Shown here piece by piece: positions 1-11,640 of a stretch of 64,000 bases of DNA (positions are counted from its first letter, which is position 1; each line of letters starts with the position of its first letter). Source of the DNA: Azolla caroliniana. Its lineage: Eukaryota > Plantae > Polypodiophyta. Made by a program: the position numbers and the translations under genes. The notes under the pieces are model-generated. The model was not told the origin of the DNA, made no database searches, and saw nothing but the letters and a program-made list of their open reading frames with translations. The DNA lies in the NCBI GenBank assembly GCA_043228905.1, contig JBHGNT010000008.1, forward strand, positions 12,710,001 through 12,774,000, read 5' to 3'.

Positions 1-1224
1 TGCCGGTTCTCATCGCTTTGACTCCCCATGTTTCCGAAGGGTCCGGAGTTGCTGTCGGCATCACTTCGGTGCCTTCTTCCTTGATCTCGTCGGCCGCCTC
101 CATTGCGCGCCGACTCGCCTCGTCCTCACGTCCAGGGGGCCTATCTCCCTCCGTGTACAGCATTCTGTTGTCGGTGTGCGTGCTTGTAGACGCACCCGCG
201 TGGTTCTCCTCTACCAGGAGCATTGAGTGTAAGTCGAAAAAGGACGGCGTATTCTCCCGGGTACACACAGCCGTTCGGAACGCTCCGAACTTCAACGCCA
301 AACCTCTGAGAAAGATCTGGACCATCTCACTCTCCTCGATGTTCACCTCTATGGTGGCGAGGGAGTCGCAGATATCCTTGATCTTCGAGGTATAGTCCGC
401 CACCGACAAGTCGCGTTGTCGTAGGTTTCTCAACTCTTGTCGGAGCTGAAGCTTCCTGGCTGTGGTGCTCGCGGCGAAAATCTTCTTCAGATTTTCCCAC
501 GCACCCTTCGGTGTCTTTGCATCCCGAACATAGCTCAATAGTTGTTCGCCCACACACGACGCGAAGCAGTACAATACCCTGCTCGCCGATTGCTCCCACG
601 ACGGGAAGTCTCTGTGTGTCGATTCGGGTGCCGCGTCATTAGCTCCTTTGACATAACTCCAGTAGCCATGCCCGAGCAGGTACTGGTGCATCTTGTAGGA
701 CCAAGACGTATAGTTGGTTCTGTGGAGCTTCTCTGTTGGAAGCGAGCTCGCCATGCCTCTATCCATCGTTCTTCTCGTTCTTCTTCGTCAAGCTGTGTCG
801 GCTGCAGAGAGGTTCTTAACCCTCGCGCTCTGATACCATGTAAAAAGTAGCGTGCGGAAGCAGGTATGAAGACCGAACAGAAGGAAGGAAACTCAGGTTC
901 AATGGAGAGCTTGGGCTTGCACGGCATACGCAGGAGAGACAGAGAGAGGAAAACAAAAAACTATATTCAATAATAATACTCAGTTTGTACATAAGACGTG
1001 CTCAGTGAACACTTTTATACAAGCCCTAGAAGGACTGACCGAAGAACTGACAGTACTTCAATGCTCATCAAGAGCTCCTACACTAACTCCCAAATATATT
1101 CCTCACGGAATATCTTTCCTAACGACTTCCCGGTTTACGCACTCGGCCTAACCGATCGGTCCCAACCGATCCGGTCCTCGGCTTCTTCAGCCGATCCGGC
1201 CGATGTTGAGCTTGTCTCTCAACA
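1..1224 (-). mobile_element. 5' part of a Ty1/copia element (family A relative): 5' LTR 839-1224, tRNA-iMet PBS 827-838, gag running off the window start
   Basis: Reverse-strand LTR begins TGTTGAGAGACAAGCTCAACA, like the LTRs at 3068 and 8392. PBS TGGTATCAGAGC. gag is highly similar to 3611-4400 (MASSLPTEKL...). Confidence 0.9.
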
Positions 1225-2670
1225 CAACCATTACAAAGAATTTGGTCTCCATCAGCCAAATTGTTGAGCAAGGAATGTAGGTTTGATTTAATCAAGGTTG
1301 TTGCTTCAACAAGAAAGAGGGTCGACTCATTGCTCGTGGACGAAGAGAGGGCAAATGTTCATTCTCGACTCGCACAAGATGAAATCGGCCATGTTCGCAA
1401 AAGGCACCAAAGCAGACCCCGACATTGAGTTGTGACACAAGAGGATTGGCCACATGAACCTCCAAAATCTCAAGGAAGTGCAATCGAAAGGAGTTGTGAT
1501 CGGACTCCCAACCTTCGGTAAAGAGAAAGAGATTGAAGGCTTATGTATAGCCTACCAATTCAGTACACAACATCGGCACTTGTTTATGAAGGAGTGGAAC
1601 GTGAGTAAAGGCCTATCTATTGGATGTAATTCATTATGATGTATGGGGACTAGCTCAGATGGCTACATTTGCAGATGTCGATACTACGTTACCTTTATCG
1701 ATGACTTCTCTAGGCACACATGGATCTACCCCATGCGGCAAAGAGCGAAGTGTTTGGACACTTCCAAAAATTCAAGAGTGGAGTCGAAAAGCAAACTGGT
1801 CAACATGTACGATGTCTTCAGTCTGATGGAGGAAAAGACTACTTCTCCAAAAACATTTCGGCTTTTCCTCGGAAAGAAGGAATTTGGCAAGAGTTTTCGT
1901 GTCGACATACGCTACAACAGAACGGAGTAGCCGAACAAAAGAATCGGCGCATCCTCGAAGTAGCACAGGCCAGGCTTAACGAGAAGCACATGCCGAAGTC
2001 GTACTGGGCAGAAGCTGCCAACACAACCATCTACGTAATGAACCGATGTGCAACATCTGGCATGCATGAGGTTACCCTACACAAGAAGTTTTTTGGAAAG
2101 AAGCCGGATCTATCACATGTTTGGATATTCGGCTCCACTGCATACGTGCACATCCCTGACGAGAAGCGACAAAAGCTCGACCCGAAGTCTGAGAAATGTA
2201 TGCTCATAGGATACTCATTGGAGCAAAAGAGGTACAAGTGCTATAAGCCCTCGATTCAGAAGGTTCGTGTGAGTCGAGATTTAGTCTTGGAAGAATCAGC
2301 ATTATGGTACGAACCCAAGCCGACTCCTCCCGAATTATTTCTAGTCGATCCGGAATACGCCGAACAAGAGATAGAAGATAGAGATCAACTCGAACACATG
2401 TTCGAAGAAAGTTCGATTACAACAAGGATTAGTGGGCCACAAGAGCCCCCGAGTGATCAAAGCACATCTCGGCCTAGTCCAAAGATGGACATAGGCAAGG
2501 CGAAAATGCGAGAGTATGAAGACGATCAATTCGACGACAACAAATCGACTCACTCCCTCGACAATGAGTTTGGTGGCTTCAATGTACCTATCATGAGGAC
2601 ACTTGGCATAAAGAAAGCCATTGCCACGACAAATGAAAAACTTCGTCGCTCCACCTCTGAGAAGAATCCT
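1225..2670 (+). pseudogene. Degenerate copia pol fragment (GAG-pre-integrase and integrase core), family A-like
   Basis: Split ORFs give TITKNLVS, IHYDVWG, YYVTFIDDFSRHTWIY, SDGGKDY, QQNGVAE, KLDPKSEKC. Stops and frameshifts present. Confidence 0.85.
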
Positions 2671-3067
2671 ATTAGCTTGAATCGCGTCGACCTTGACTGG
2701 TGACGGTCTCCGGTCATAGGGTCCATACAAATGTCTGACTACCAATATCTCTTCTTGTCTGAATGCCGATTTCTCTCCGGAGAGTGTTAAGTTAACATCT
2801 TCTAACTTCTATAGCACTTTCTCATAGTCGTGAATATGGTCGACTACAAACTTACGATATCCCCGATCATCCATATTCTCATCCTTTTCTTCCACCGCAC
2901 ATCTTTTCATTGGAATGTCATCTAGGAATGACATTGTTATCTCTGGGATGCAGTCTCGGAGCACCTTGTTCATCGCATTCATCACATGTGCAACCAAGTT
3001 TGTCGCTCTTTGTAGTAGCATACACATCCGGACTAATCCTATCGGTGTCCGCATTGTAGTGATATCT

Positions 3068-6000
3068 TGTTGAGAGACAAGCTCAACATCGGCTGGATCG
3101 GCTGAAGAAGCCGAGGACCGGATCTGTTGGGACCGATCGGTTAGGCTGAATGCGTAAACCGGTACGCAGACCGATGCGTAGGTAGGGCCGGATCGGTGTG
3201 TAAATCGGGAGGTCGTTAGGAAAGATATTCCGTGAGGAATATATTTGGGAGTTAGTGTAGGAGCTCTTAATGAGCATTGAAGTACTGTCAGTACTTCGGT
3301 CAGTCCTTCTAGGACTTGTATAAAAGTGTTCATTGAACACACATATGGATAGAGTGTGGTGAATAGAGATTGAGTACCTTTTTTGAATATAGTTCTTGTT
3401 TTTTCTCTCTCTCACACTCTCTCTATCTCTCCCGCGTATACTGCGTAAGCTCAAGCTCTCCATTAAATCTGAGTTTTCTTCCTTCTGTTCGGTCTTCATA
3501 CTTGCTTCCGCACATTACTTTTTACATGGTATCAGAGTGTGAGGGTTGAGAACCTTTCTACAGCCGACACAGCTTGACGAAGAAGAACAAGAAGAACGAT
3601 GGATAGAGGCATGGCGAGCTCGCTTCCAACGGAGAAGCTCGACAGAACCAACTACGCGTCTTGGTCCTACAAGATGCACCAGTACCTGCTCGGGCACGGC
3701 TACTGGAGTTATGTCGAAGGAGCTAATGATGCGGCACCCGAATCGACACACAAAGACTTCCCGTCATGGGAGCAATCGGCGAGCAGGGTATTATACTGCT
3801 TCGCGTCGTGTGTGGGCGAACAACTATTGAGCTATGTTCGGGATGCAAAGACACCGAAGGGTGCGTGGGAAAATCTAAAGAAGATTTTCGCCGTGAGCAC
3901 CACAGCCAGGAAGCTTCAGCTCCGACAAGAGTTGAGCAACCTACGACAACGCGACTTGTCGGTGGCGGACTATACCTCGAAGATCAAGGATATTTGAGAC
4001 TCCCTCCCCTCCATAGAGGTGAACATCGAGGAGAGAGAGATGGTTGAGATCTGTCTCGGAGGTTTGGCGTCGAAGTTCGGAGCGTTCCGAACGGCTATGT
4101 GTACTCGGGAGAATACGCCGTCCTTTTTCGACTTACACTCAATGCTCCTGGTAGAGGAGAACACGCGGGTGCATCTACAAGCACGCACACCGACAACAGA
4201 ATGTTCTACATGGAGGGAGAATGGCCCCGTGGACGTGGAGGAAGAGGTGAGTCGGCGCGCAATGGAGGCGGCCGACGAGATCAAGGAAGAAGGCACCGAA
4301 GTGATGCCGACAGCAACTTCGGACCCTCTGGAAATAGGGGGAGTCGAAGTGATGAGAACCGGCAAGGGAAGGCCATCGCGGAGTGCTGGTACTGTGGAAG
4401 GAAAGGCCACAGGGAAAGTGAGTGTTGGAAGAAGCGCGCCGATTCGGAGAGAACCGGTTCCGGAAACGGCTCCGGACATACCGACAAGGGAAATCGGCAG
4501 CGATCGCACTACGCCGAAGACTCCAGGAGAGCCGGAGAAGGGTCTGCCTTCGTGACGAGACATGAAGCAAACTCAATGAAACGGACCACCCCGAGATCGT
4601 ACGAGGTGTGGTACGTAGACTCCGGCGCGTCAAACCACATGACGAGCCATAAGGAGTGGTTCTCGTACCTTGAAAAACCGATACAACCTGGAGTAGTTGC
4701 AACTGGAGACGACACTCCGCATCCGATCGCGAATGTCAGAGAAGTCCCCCTTAGCCATGTCAGGCAGAAAGGGAAACTCATGAACGTGCTGCACGTTCTG
4801 ACAATCACGAAGAACTTGGTCTCGGTCGGACAGATCGTCGACCAAGGGATGGAGGTTCAGTTTACACACCTCGGGTGCTTCATTGAGGAAGAAGGCCGTG
4901 TGATTGCGCAAGGGCGCAGAGACGGGAGGATGTTCATCCTCGATTCCACTGATGGTGGCACCGCAATGTTCACGAATGGACAAAAATCCGAGTCGGACAT
5001 TGACTTGTGGCACAAGCGGATAGGCCACGTCAACTACCAGCGGCTTCAAGATCTGCAATCAAAACAGGTAGTGTTCGGATTGCCCAAATTTAGTGGCCGA
5101 AAGGCACAAATTTGTGAAGCCTGCCAGTTCAGGAGCCGGAACAAGCTCGACCTTATACACTCCGATGTATGGGGGCCGGCACAATACGTTAGTCTTGGCG
5201 GGAGCCGATATTTCGTCTCCTTCATCGACGACCACACGCGGCACACGTGGATCTACCTCATTGAGAGGAAGAGTGAAGTCTTCGATTGTTTCCGGAACCT
5301 CAAAGGGTTCGTGGAAACGGAAACGGGACGAAGGATCAAGTGCCTGCGGTCGGATGGAGGGAAAGAGTATTTTTCTGGTCAATTCAACGGATATCTACAA
5401 CAAGTGGGAATTCGGCGCGAATTCAGTTGTAGATACACGCCGGAGCAGAATAGCGTGGCCGAGAGGAAGAATCGGTCAGTTGTGGAAGCAGCACGGGCAA
5501 TGCTGGAGGAGAAGAGCTTGCCCAAGTTCTACTGGGCTGAGGCGGTAAGGACCGCGGTATACATCTAGAACCGGATCGGAGACAAAGTGTCGGCGCACGA
5601 GCAATATTTCGGAACGAAGCCGAACTTGCGACACTTGAGGGTGTTCGGTAGCATTGTGTATATGCATGTACCGAAGGAGAAATGGAGGAAGTTGGACACA
5701 AAGGCCGAGAAATGCATCTTGGTCGATTACTCGGACGAGCAGAAGGGTTATAAGTGCTATAACCCTCACACCAAACAAGCGCGTGTCAGCCGCGATGTTG
5801 TGTTTGACGAGTCCGCGTCCTGGTACCAGCCCCCGACTCCGAACCCCGACTCCAATCCGAGCTCTGACAATGAGGTCAGAGAGGCCGAGATGCCTCCGGA
5901 TGAGCCCGAAATCGAGACCCGCGAAGAGAGTCCGATTTCACTCTGTTTAAGTGGACCGATTGGACGACTGAGTCGGTACGATCAGTCCGATGAAGAGCCG

Positions 6001-8850
6001 GCGAGTAGTGGAGACTCGGCCATGCATTCCCCGCGCAGGAAGCCAAGGAGACGGCTTACGCGCAAAGAGAAAGGGAAGAAGAAGGTGTCGAATTCCGGCA
6101 CGGATAGGAACGAGTCAGACCGACGCGAGTCCGACTCCGAGGGAACCGGTGACGGGTCTTTAAAGGTGAAGTCTCTGTCGACTGAGAAGGCCTCGACATC
6201 GGCTAATGTGAGATTACGCCGATCTACCTACTAGAAGAACCCTATTTTGCGGTTCGGATACAACGAGTACATGGCGCATCATTATGCGTACATGACCCGT
6301 GTAGCGGAAGTGCGTGAGCCGGAGAGCTACGCAGAAGCGGCTAAAGACGCGAATTGGCGTGCCACGATGGAGGAAGAGATGCACGCATTGGTAGAGAACG
6401 AGACTTGGGACCTGGTTGACGCACCAACAGGGGTAAAACCGATCTGGTGTAGGTGGGTGTACAAGGTCAAGTACAACACCGATGGCTCGGTCAACCGGTA
6501 CAAGGCTCGGCTAGTGGCAAAGGGCTACGCGCAGAAACACGACATCGTCTACGATGAGACATTTGCGCCGGTCGCGAAAATGACGATCATCTGTGTTTTG
6601 CTCGCAGTAGCTGCGGTGAAGGGGTGGCAATTACATCAGATGGATGTAAAGAATGCATTCTTGCAAGGTGACCTTGAGGAACAGGTGTACATGGTACAAC
6701 CCCCCAGATTTCACTCCGGAACGAACTCCTCGGCAGTATGCCAACTGAAGAAGTCCCTTTACGGACTAAAGCAAGCCCCGCGTGCCTGGAATGCGAAGAT
6801 CACACAACAACTGCGTCGGATGGGCTTCGTCACGTCAAAATTGGACTCGTCCCTGTTCATCTGGAAATGTCGACTCGGACCGGTTAGTATTTTACTAAAT
6901 GTTGATGACTTGGTCATCACCGGCGCCGACCTAGGTGAAATCGATCGCGTGAAGCTCAAGCTTGCGGCATCGTTCGACATGAAGGATCTGGGGGACCTTC
7001 ATTACTTCCTCGGGATCGAAGTGATGCGTACCCCCGAAGGCATATTAATCAGCCAACGTCATTACGTGCTGAGTATGCTCTTCAAATTCGGGATGGCCGA
7101 CTGTAAGTCCGTCTCGACTCCTCTGGACAGAACCGTCAAGCTTCGTCCCGATACGGGAAAGGTATGCGACCCGACGAGGTTCCGACAAATTGTCAGAAGC
7201 CTCATATACTTGACCATCAGCCGACCCGACCTCAGTTATCCGGTCGAAGTGATCAGTCAGTTCATGGCGCGACCTACCGAGGAGCACCTCCAATGTGCGC
7301 AACGCATACTTCGGTATGTCAACGACACTAAGGACCGGGGACTGCTATATCAGACCAGTGCAGCCGCGCAGTTAGTCGGCTACACCGATGCTGATTGGGC
7401 TGGCAACGCCGCCGATCGTCGATCCACGTCCGGATACGCGTTCTCCCTCGGGAGTGCCGCGATCGCGTGGAGCAGTAAGAAGCAGCCGACAGTTGCACTG
7501 TCGAGCACCGAAGCTGAGTACCGAGGAGCGGCTGTCGCGACATGCGAAGCCATATGGTTGAAGCGGCTACTTAAGGACCTGCAAGAGGAGGTGTCAGATC
7601 CAACGACGATCTACTGCGACAACCTCAGCAGCATCCAGCTCGCGAAAAACCCCGTTTTTCACACACGGACCAAGCACAATGAGGTGCACTACCATTTCGT
7701 CCGTGAGCGTGTCCTTTCCGGTGAAGTCGAACTTCAGTACGTTCCGACGGATCGGCAGACTGCCGACATCTTCACCAAGCCTCTTGGTCTGGATAAGTTG
7801 CGGCAATTCTCAGGTGCGCTCTGATTGCGTCACCTCGACGTGCCAAACTTGAGGGGGAGAACAGTCTCGAACGACCAAGCAAGGCAGTAGGAAAAGAGCA
7901 GAGACCACGACACCACCGAGTTGGTTGACTCGGTTGTCGGGTTTGACTTTGGATGGGCTGAAGAGGCCGAGGGCGTACCCGCGGAAAAGTTCGGAAGCGG
8001 ACAGAAGGGGAGCAGCCGAAGGAGAGATCCTAAGCCAACCATGCATGGGGAAGATGACGCCATCGAGGGCGAGAAAACCGAAGACAAGTTGGAGACAGCC
8101 AACTCGGACGAGAGCGAAAACCGATCGGAGGTAGCCGAGTCGGTTCGGATGTTTGATTCAGATACGCTGAATCAACCGAGGCCCAAGCGGAAGAAAAGGC
8201 AGAAGAAGAAGCGTCAACACCGCAACATCAGAAGAGCTGATAAGGGCCACATGAGCAGACAAGCCGACCGGAAGAGTCGAAGCGCGCGGAGTCGAACAGG
8301 TCGTGGAGCGCGAGCGAGGCGTGAAGCTAGGAGGAATCGGAGCTGTGAGCCCGAAGATCCCGAAGAGCCTCAAGTTGAGCTTGAGGGGGAGTGTTGAGAG
8401 ACAAGCTCAACATCGGCCGGATCGGCTGAAGAAGCCGAGGACCGGATCGGTTGGGACCGATCAGTTAGGCTGAATGCGTAAATCGATACGTAGTCCGGTG
8501 CGTAGGTAGGGCCGGATCGGTGCGTAAACCGGGAGGTCGTTAGGAAAGATATTCCGTGAGGAATATATTTGGGAGTTAGTGTAGGAGCTCTTAATGAGCA
8601 TTGAAGTACTGTCAGTACTTCGGTCAGTCCTTCTAGGACTTGTATAAAAGTGTTCATTGAACACACATATGGATAGAGTGTGGTGAATAGAGATTGAGTA
8701 CCTTGTTTTAATATAGTTCTTGTTTTTTCTCTCTCTCTCACTCTCTCTGTCTCTCCCGCGTATACTGCGTAAGCTCAAGCTCTCCATTAAACCTGAGTTT
8801 TCTTCCTTCTGTTCGGTCTTCATACTTGCTTCCGCACATTACTTTTTACA
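3068..8850 (+). mobile_element. Full-length Ty1/copia element (family A), inactivated
   Basis: 459-bp TG..CA LTRs at 3068-3526 and 8392-8850. TSD TATCT. PBS TGGTATCAGAG 3527-3537. PPT GAGGGGGAG 8383-8391. Confidence 0.97.
3611..8397 (+). pseudogene. Copia gag-pol (gag, CCHC, PR, INT, RT, RNase H, C-terminal extension) broken by stops and a frameshift
   Basis: CWYCGRKGHRESEC, WYVDSGASNHM, SDGGKEY, QMDVKNAFL, NVDD (YVDD mutated), YTDADWAG, ADIFTKPL in successive ORF pieces. Confidence 0.93.
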
Positions 8851-11640
8851 TATCTTGACTCTCCATGGCTAGTTGGAATTGGTCATACCCAGAGTATAGG
8901 TCTCCGGTGGAGTATATCGCGCATCCGGCAAAGGCTTCCACAAATTTATCCACTATCGGACTGACTCCGGAGTCTGAATCGTGACCTTGTTCAGCAGTTG
9001 CAAATTTTGAATGAACCGGAGTGACCCACTCTTCTTCGGAATCGTAAACCATCGATTTGAGTATGGGGCATTTGATGGCTCTAGAATCCCCATCTCCACC
9101 TTCTCCTTGAGCAAGTCAAGTATTTTCGGAATATACACCCGTGGCACCAGAATCGGCTTCAGGTTCCACGACACATGTTCAATCTTGAAGATCACCATCG
9201 GCTCCACTTTCTTCAGATCGACACACCCTATCTCTCTTGATGTGAATGCAAATGATTTTCCATGCTGCTCCAACATCTCACGAAATCTTTCTTCTTCCTT
9301 TGGTAACAGGAACCTATCTCCACCGATCCAAAGTTCCATAGACTTTCGATATCCATAGACTTTCGAAGTGTTGGATCTCCCAAAACTTCTTTCCTCTTTT
9401 GTTCACTATTGGAAGGTAATGGTCCCGTAGATGGTTTCATCATCTTTTCTGTGGTCTTGTATTTCGTATGTACCATTGCTTCTTCTTTGCGGAGCACATC
9501 CAGCCCCATTTTCGCAATAATCTTGTACATCTTGACCAATTCCACCGGAACTACCTGATCTCCTTGGCTATTCTCTTCCACAAGCTCTTCAAGTCGTTGT
9601 AGTGTGCTCCCATAGAACACTTCTTCGACTACTCCCATGATTTCTTCATCCTCTTTTATGATTGATGCAGACTGTAGCTCATCCTGCATCTTCTGGAGTT
9701 CTTTCTTCATTTCTCTGGTCACGACCATGTACGTAGATGCCCCATTTGGACTGATTCGCACTTGTTTCGCTCCGAGAGTTTTCTTCCTATGTGGGGTATC
9801 AGGGCTTCTCGGACTATCACTTCCCCACTCTGCAACAGTCCGCTTTAAAAATCCATTTATGTTTGGGACAAGAGCTCTATCTTGTTCCTTTCGTGATTCG
9901 ATGGCACAGTTAGGAATTGGATGGTTTTCCCTCCGCCTTGGCTCCGAATCTGTACCAATGCCGCTCTGCTATCTAGCACCTCTGTTTCCATCCGTGAAGC
10001 CGTGATATAGGGTTGCCCGAGGATCACGGAATGTGAGACCTCATCTTGCCCAAAGAAATTTTGGTCAATCTCCACATCTCCGATCTTCACTGTCACATCT
10101 GGACAAGCCACAAATAGGTCTTCCATTGCTTTAGTGGTTGCCTAGATCTTCCATCCATGATTGGTGTTAATAGGCCACTTCCCCTTCCAGTAGAACTCCA
10201 TGGACATCAGATTGATCTCTGATCCATGATCAATCAATGCAACTATGAGCTCTTTGATGTTTCCAATTGGGACCGGAGTCTCCGTAGTTGCTTGTGCCCA
10301 GTGTGACTTTGTGTAGTGAGAGTTTGGAACATCATCCTCCACTTCCATGTCATTCATTACAGTATTCGCATTCACCCTTGGAGCGTTCGATTCTTTTGTA
10401 GCTTGCCTCTTTCTCTTCACGAGGTCCACGAGGAGATCGTGGAACTCTTTCTTTGCTATTCCGAGCAATTCACGGAGAGAAAATTCCACCAGACTGTCAA
10501 GGATTCTCTCTTTGAGCACCTTCTTTAGATTTGTCAGTTGTTCGATATTCAACACGAGTTTGAATGCTAGAATCGTTTTCCCTTTTCCTTTTCTTTCGGA
10601 ATTCCAGCTCTCTGGTGTCTTCGATGGTCCGACCGCATCATCCATGCGTCGTCGTTTCTCATCTACATACACCTCATGTAATTGGCATAGGGCGTAAACG
10701 CTATTCTTGTCTATGGGGCACTACCATCTTGTAGCCTCTCGGATGCCTTCCACAGTGCTTCGGATCTCATCAGAGTCAGTTTTCTCGGAGATTTCTAGCA
10801 CTTCCATCCAAAAAGACGACTTCGCTCTAGATGTCTCTCGCACACGTATTCCTGCGGTAGTCGCATAGTTGCTTTTTGCTGCAATCTCCTCCTCTAGGAC
10901 CTTCTTCATGCCACCCTTTCAGAAGTTCAGTCGAAGTGGCTTCCAGGAGTCCATCGAATGGATCCAATTTCCCTCATAGTAGATGAGATCCCGTCTTAGA
11001 GCCTCCTTCTACTCATTGCAATCTTTCCGATAATGTTCGGTGCTATCGCACCATTTGCATCGACGGTCCATATACTTCGACCTCGTGGGATGGTCTTCTG
11101 ATTTCTTCACCATGGAAATCTTGAGATTTTCCATCTCTTTCAGCAATTGCTCGATCGTGGTCACATCGATTCCCTGGTTGGTCGTAGTCTCCCAAGGTCG
11201 TTGTTGGTGATCTTCCAATCCGTATCTTGGTCTCAAGATTAGTTTTGAAATTCTCTTTTCTTGACTACCGAGCCATTACCCCTCTTTGTGTATCGCGCAA
11301 CGATGTCCCGCATGTTTTCCCATGTATTGGTGAGGCCACTCTCAATAGTCGTATCCTCTAAGTACTCCAAGATCTTTCTGGTCCCGGACGTCCACAGCTC
11401 GTAAGAACGTGATCACTGTGTCTGGTGCGATGATAGCTTGATCTCTCGCAGACAACCTCCCGAATTGACTTTCGAATGCCAAAAACACATTGAGGACCTT
11501 CTGTCATGAATAGTACTAAGGCAGAGAGGGAATTAGTACTAAAGAAGAGAAGTACTATTAGTACTAAGAGGACGGGACTGCATAAGATTCCCGAGAGAGA
11601 GAGAGAGATGATGATAACAACTAATATATTATGTGAAGGA

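Larger units (their letters stand above)
2672..11501 (-). mobile_element. Degenerate Ty3/gypsy element G1 (gag-PR-RT), related to 28472-36098, split by copia 3068-8850 and cut at 11501 by a chromovirus LTR
   Basis: Zinc knuckle CKWCDSTEHYRKDC, protease LIDHGSEINLM, RT PYSNRWF, DLYSGYDQF and FLDD. RT continues across the TATCT TSD at 3063-3067/8851-8855. Confidence 0.9.

Noticed and set aside
7921-8397. env-like gene of a Sirevirus
   Set aside because: No hydrophobic transmembrane segment, in frame with pol, and highly charged. Treated as a Pol extension instead.
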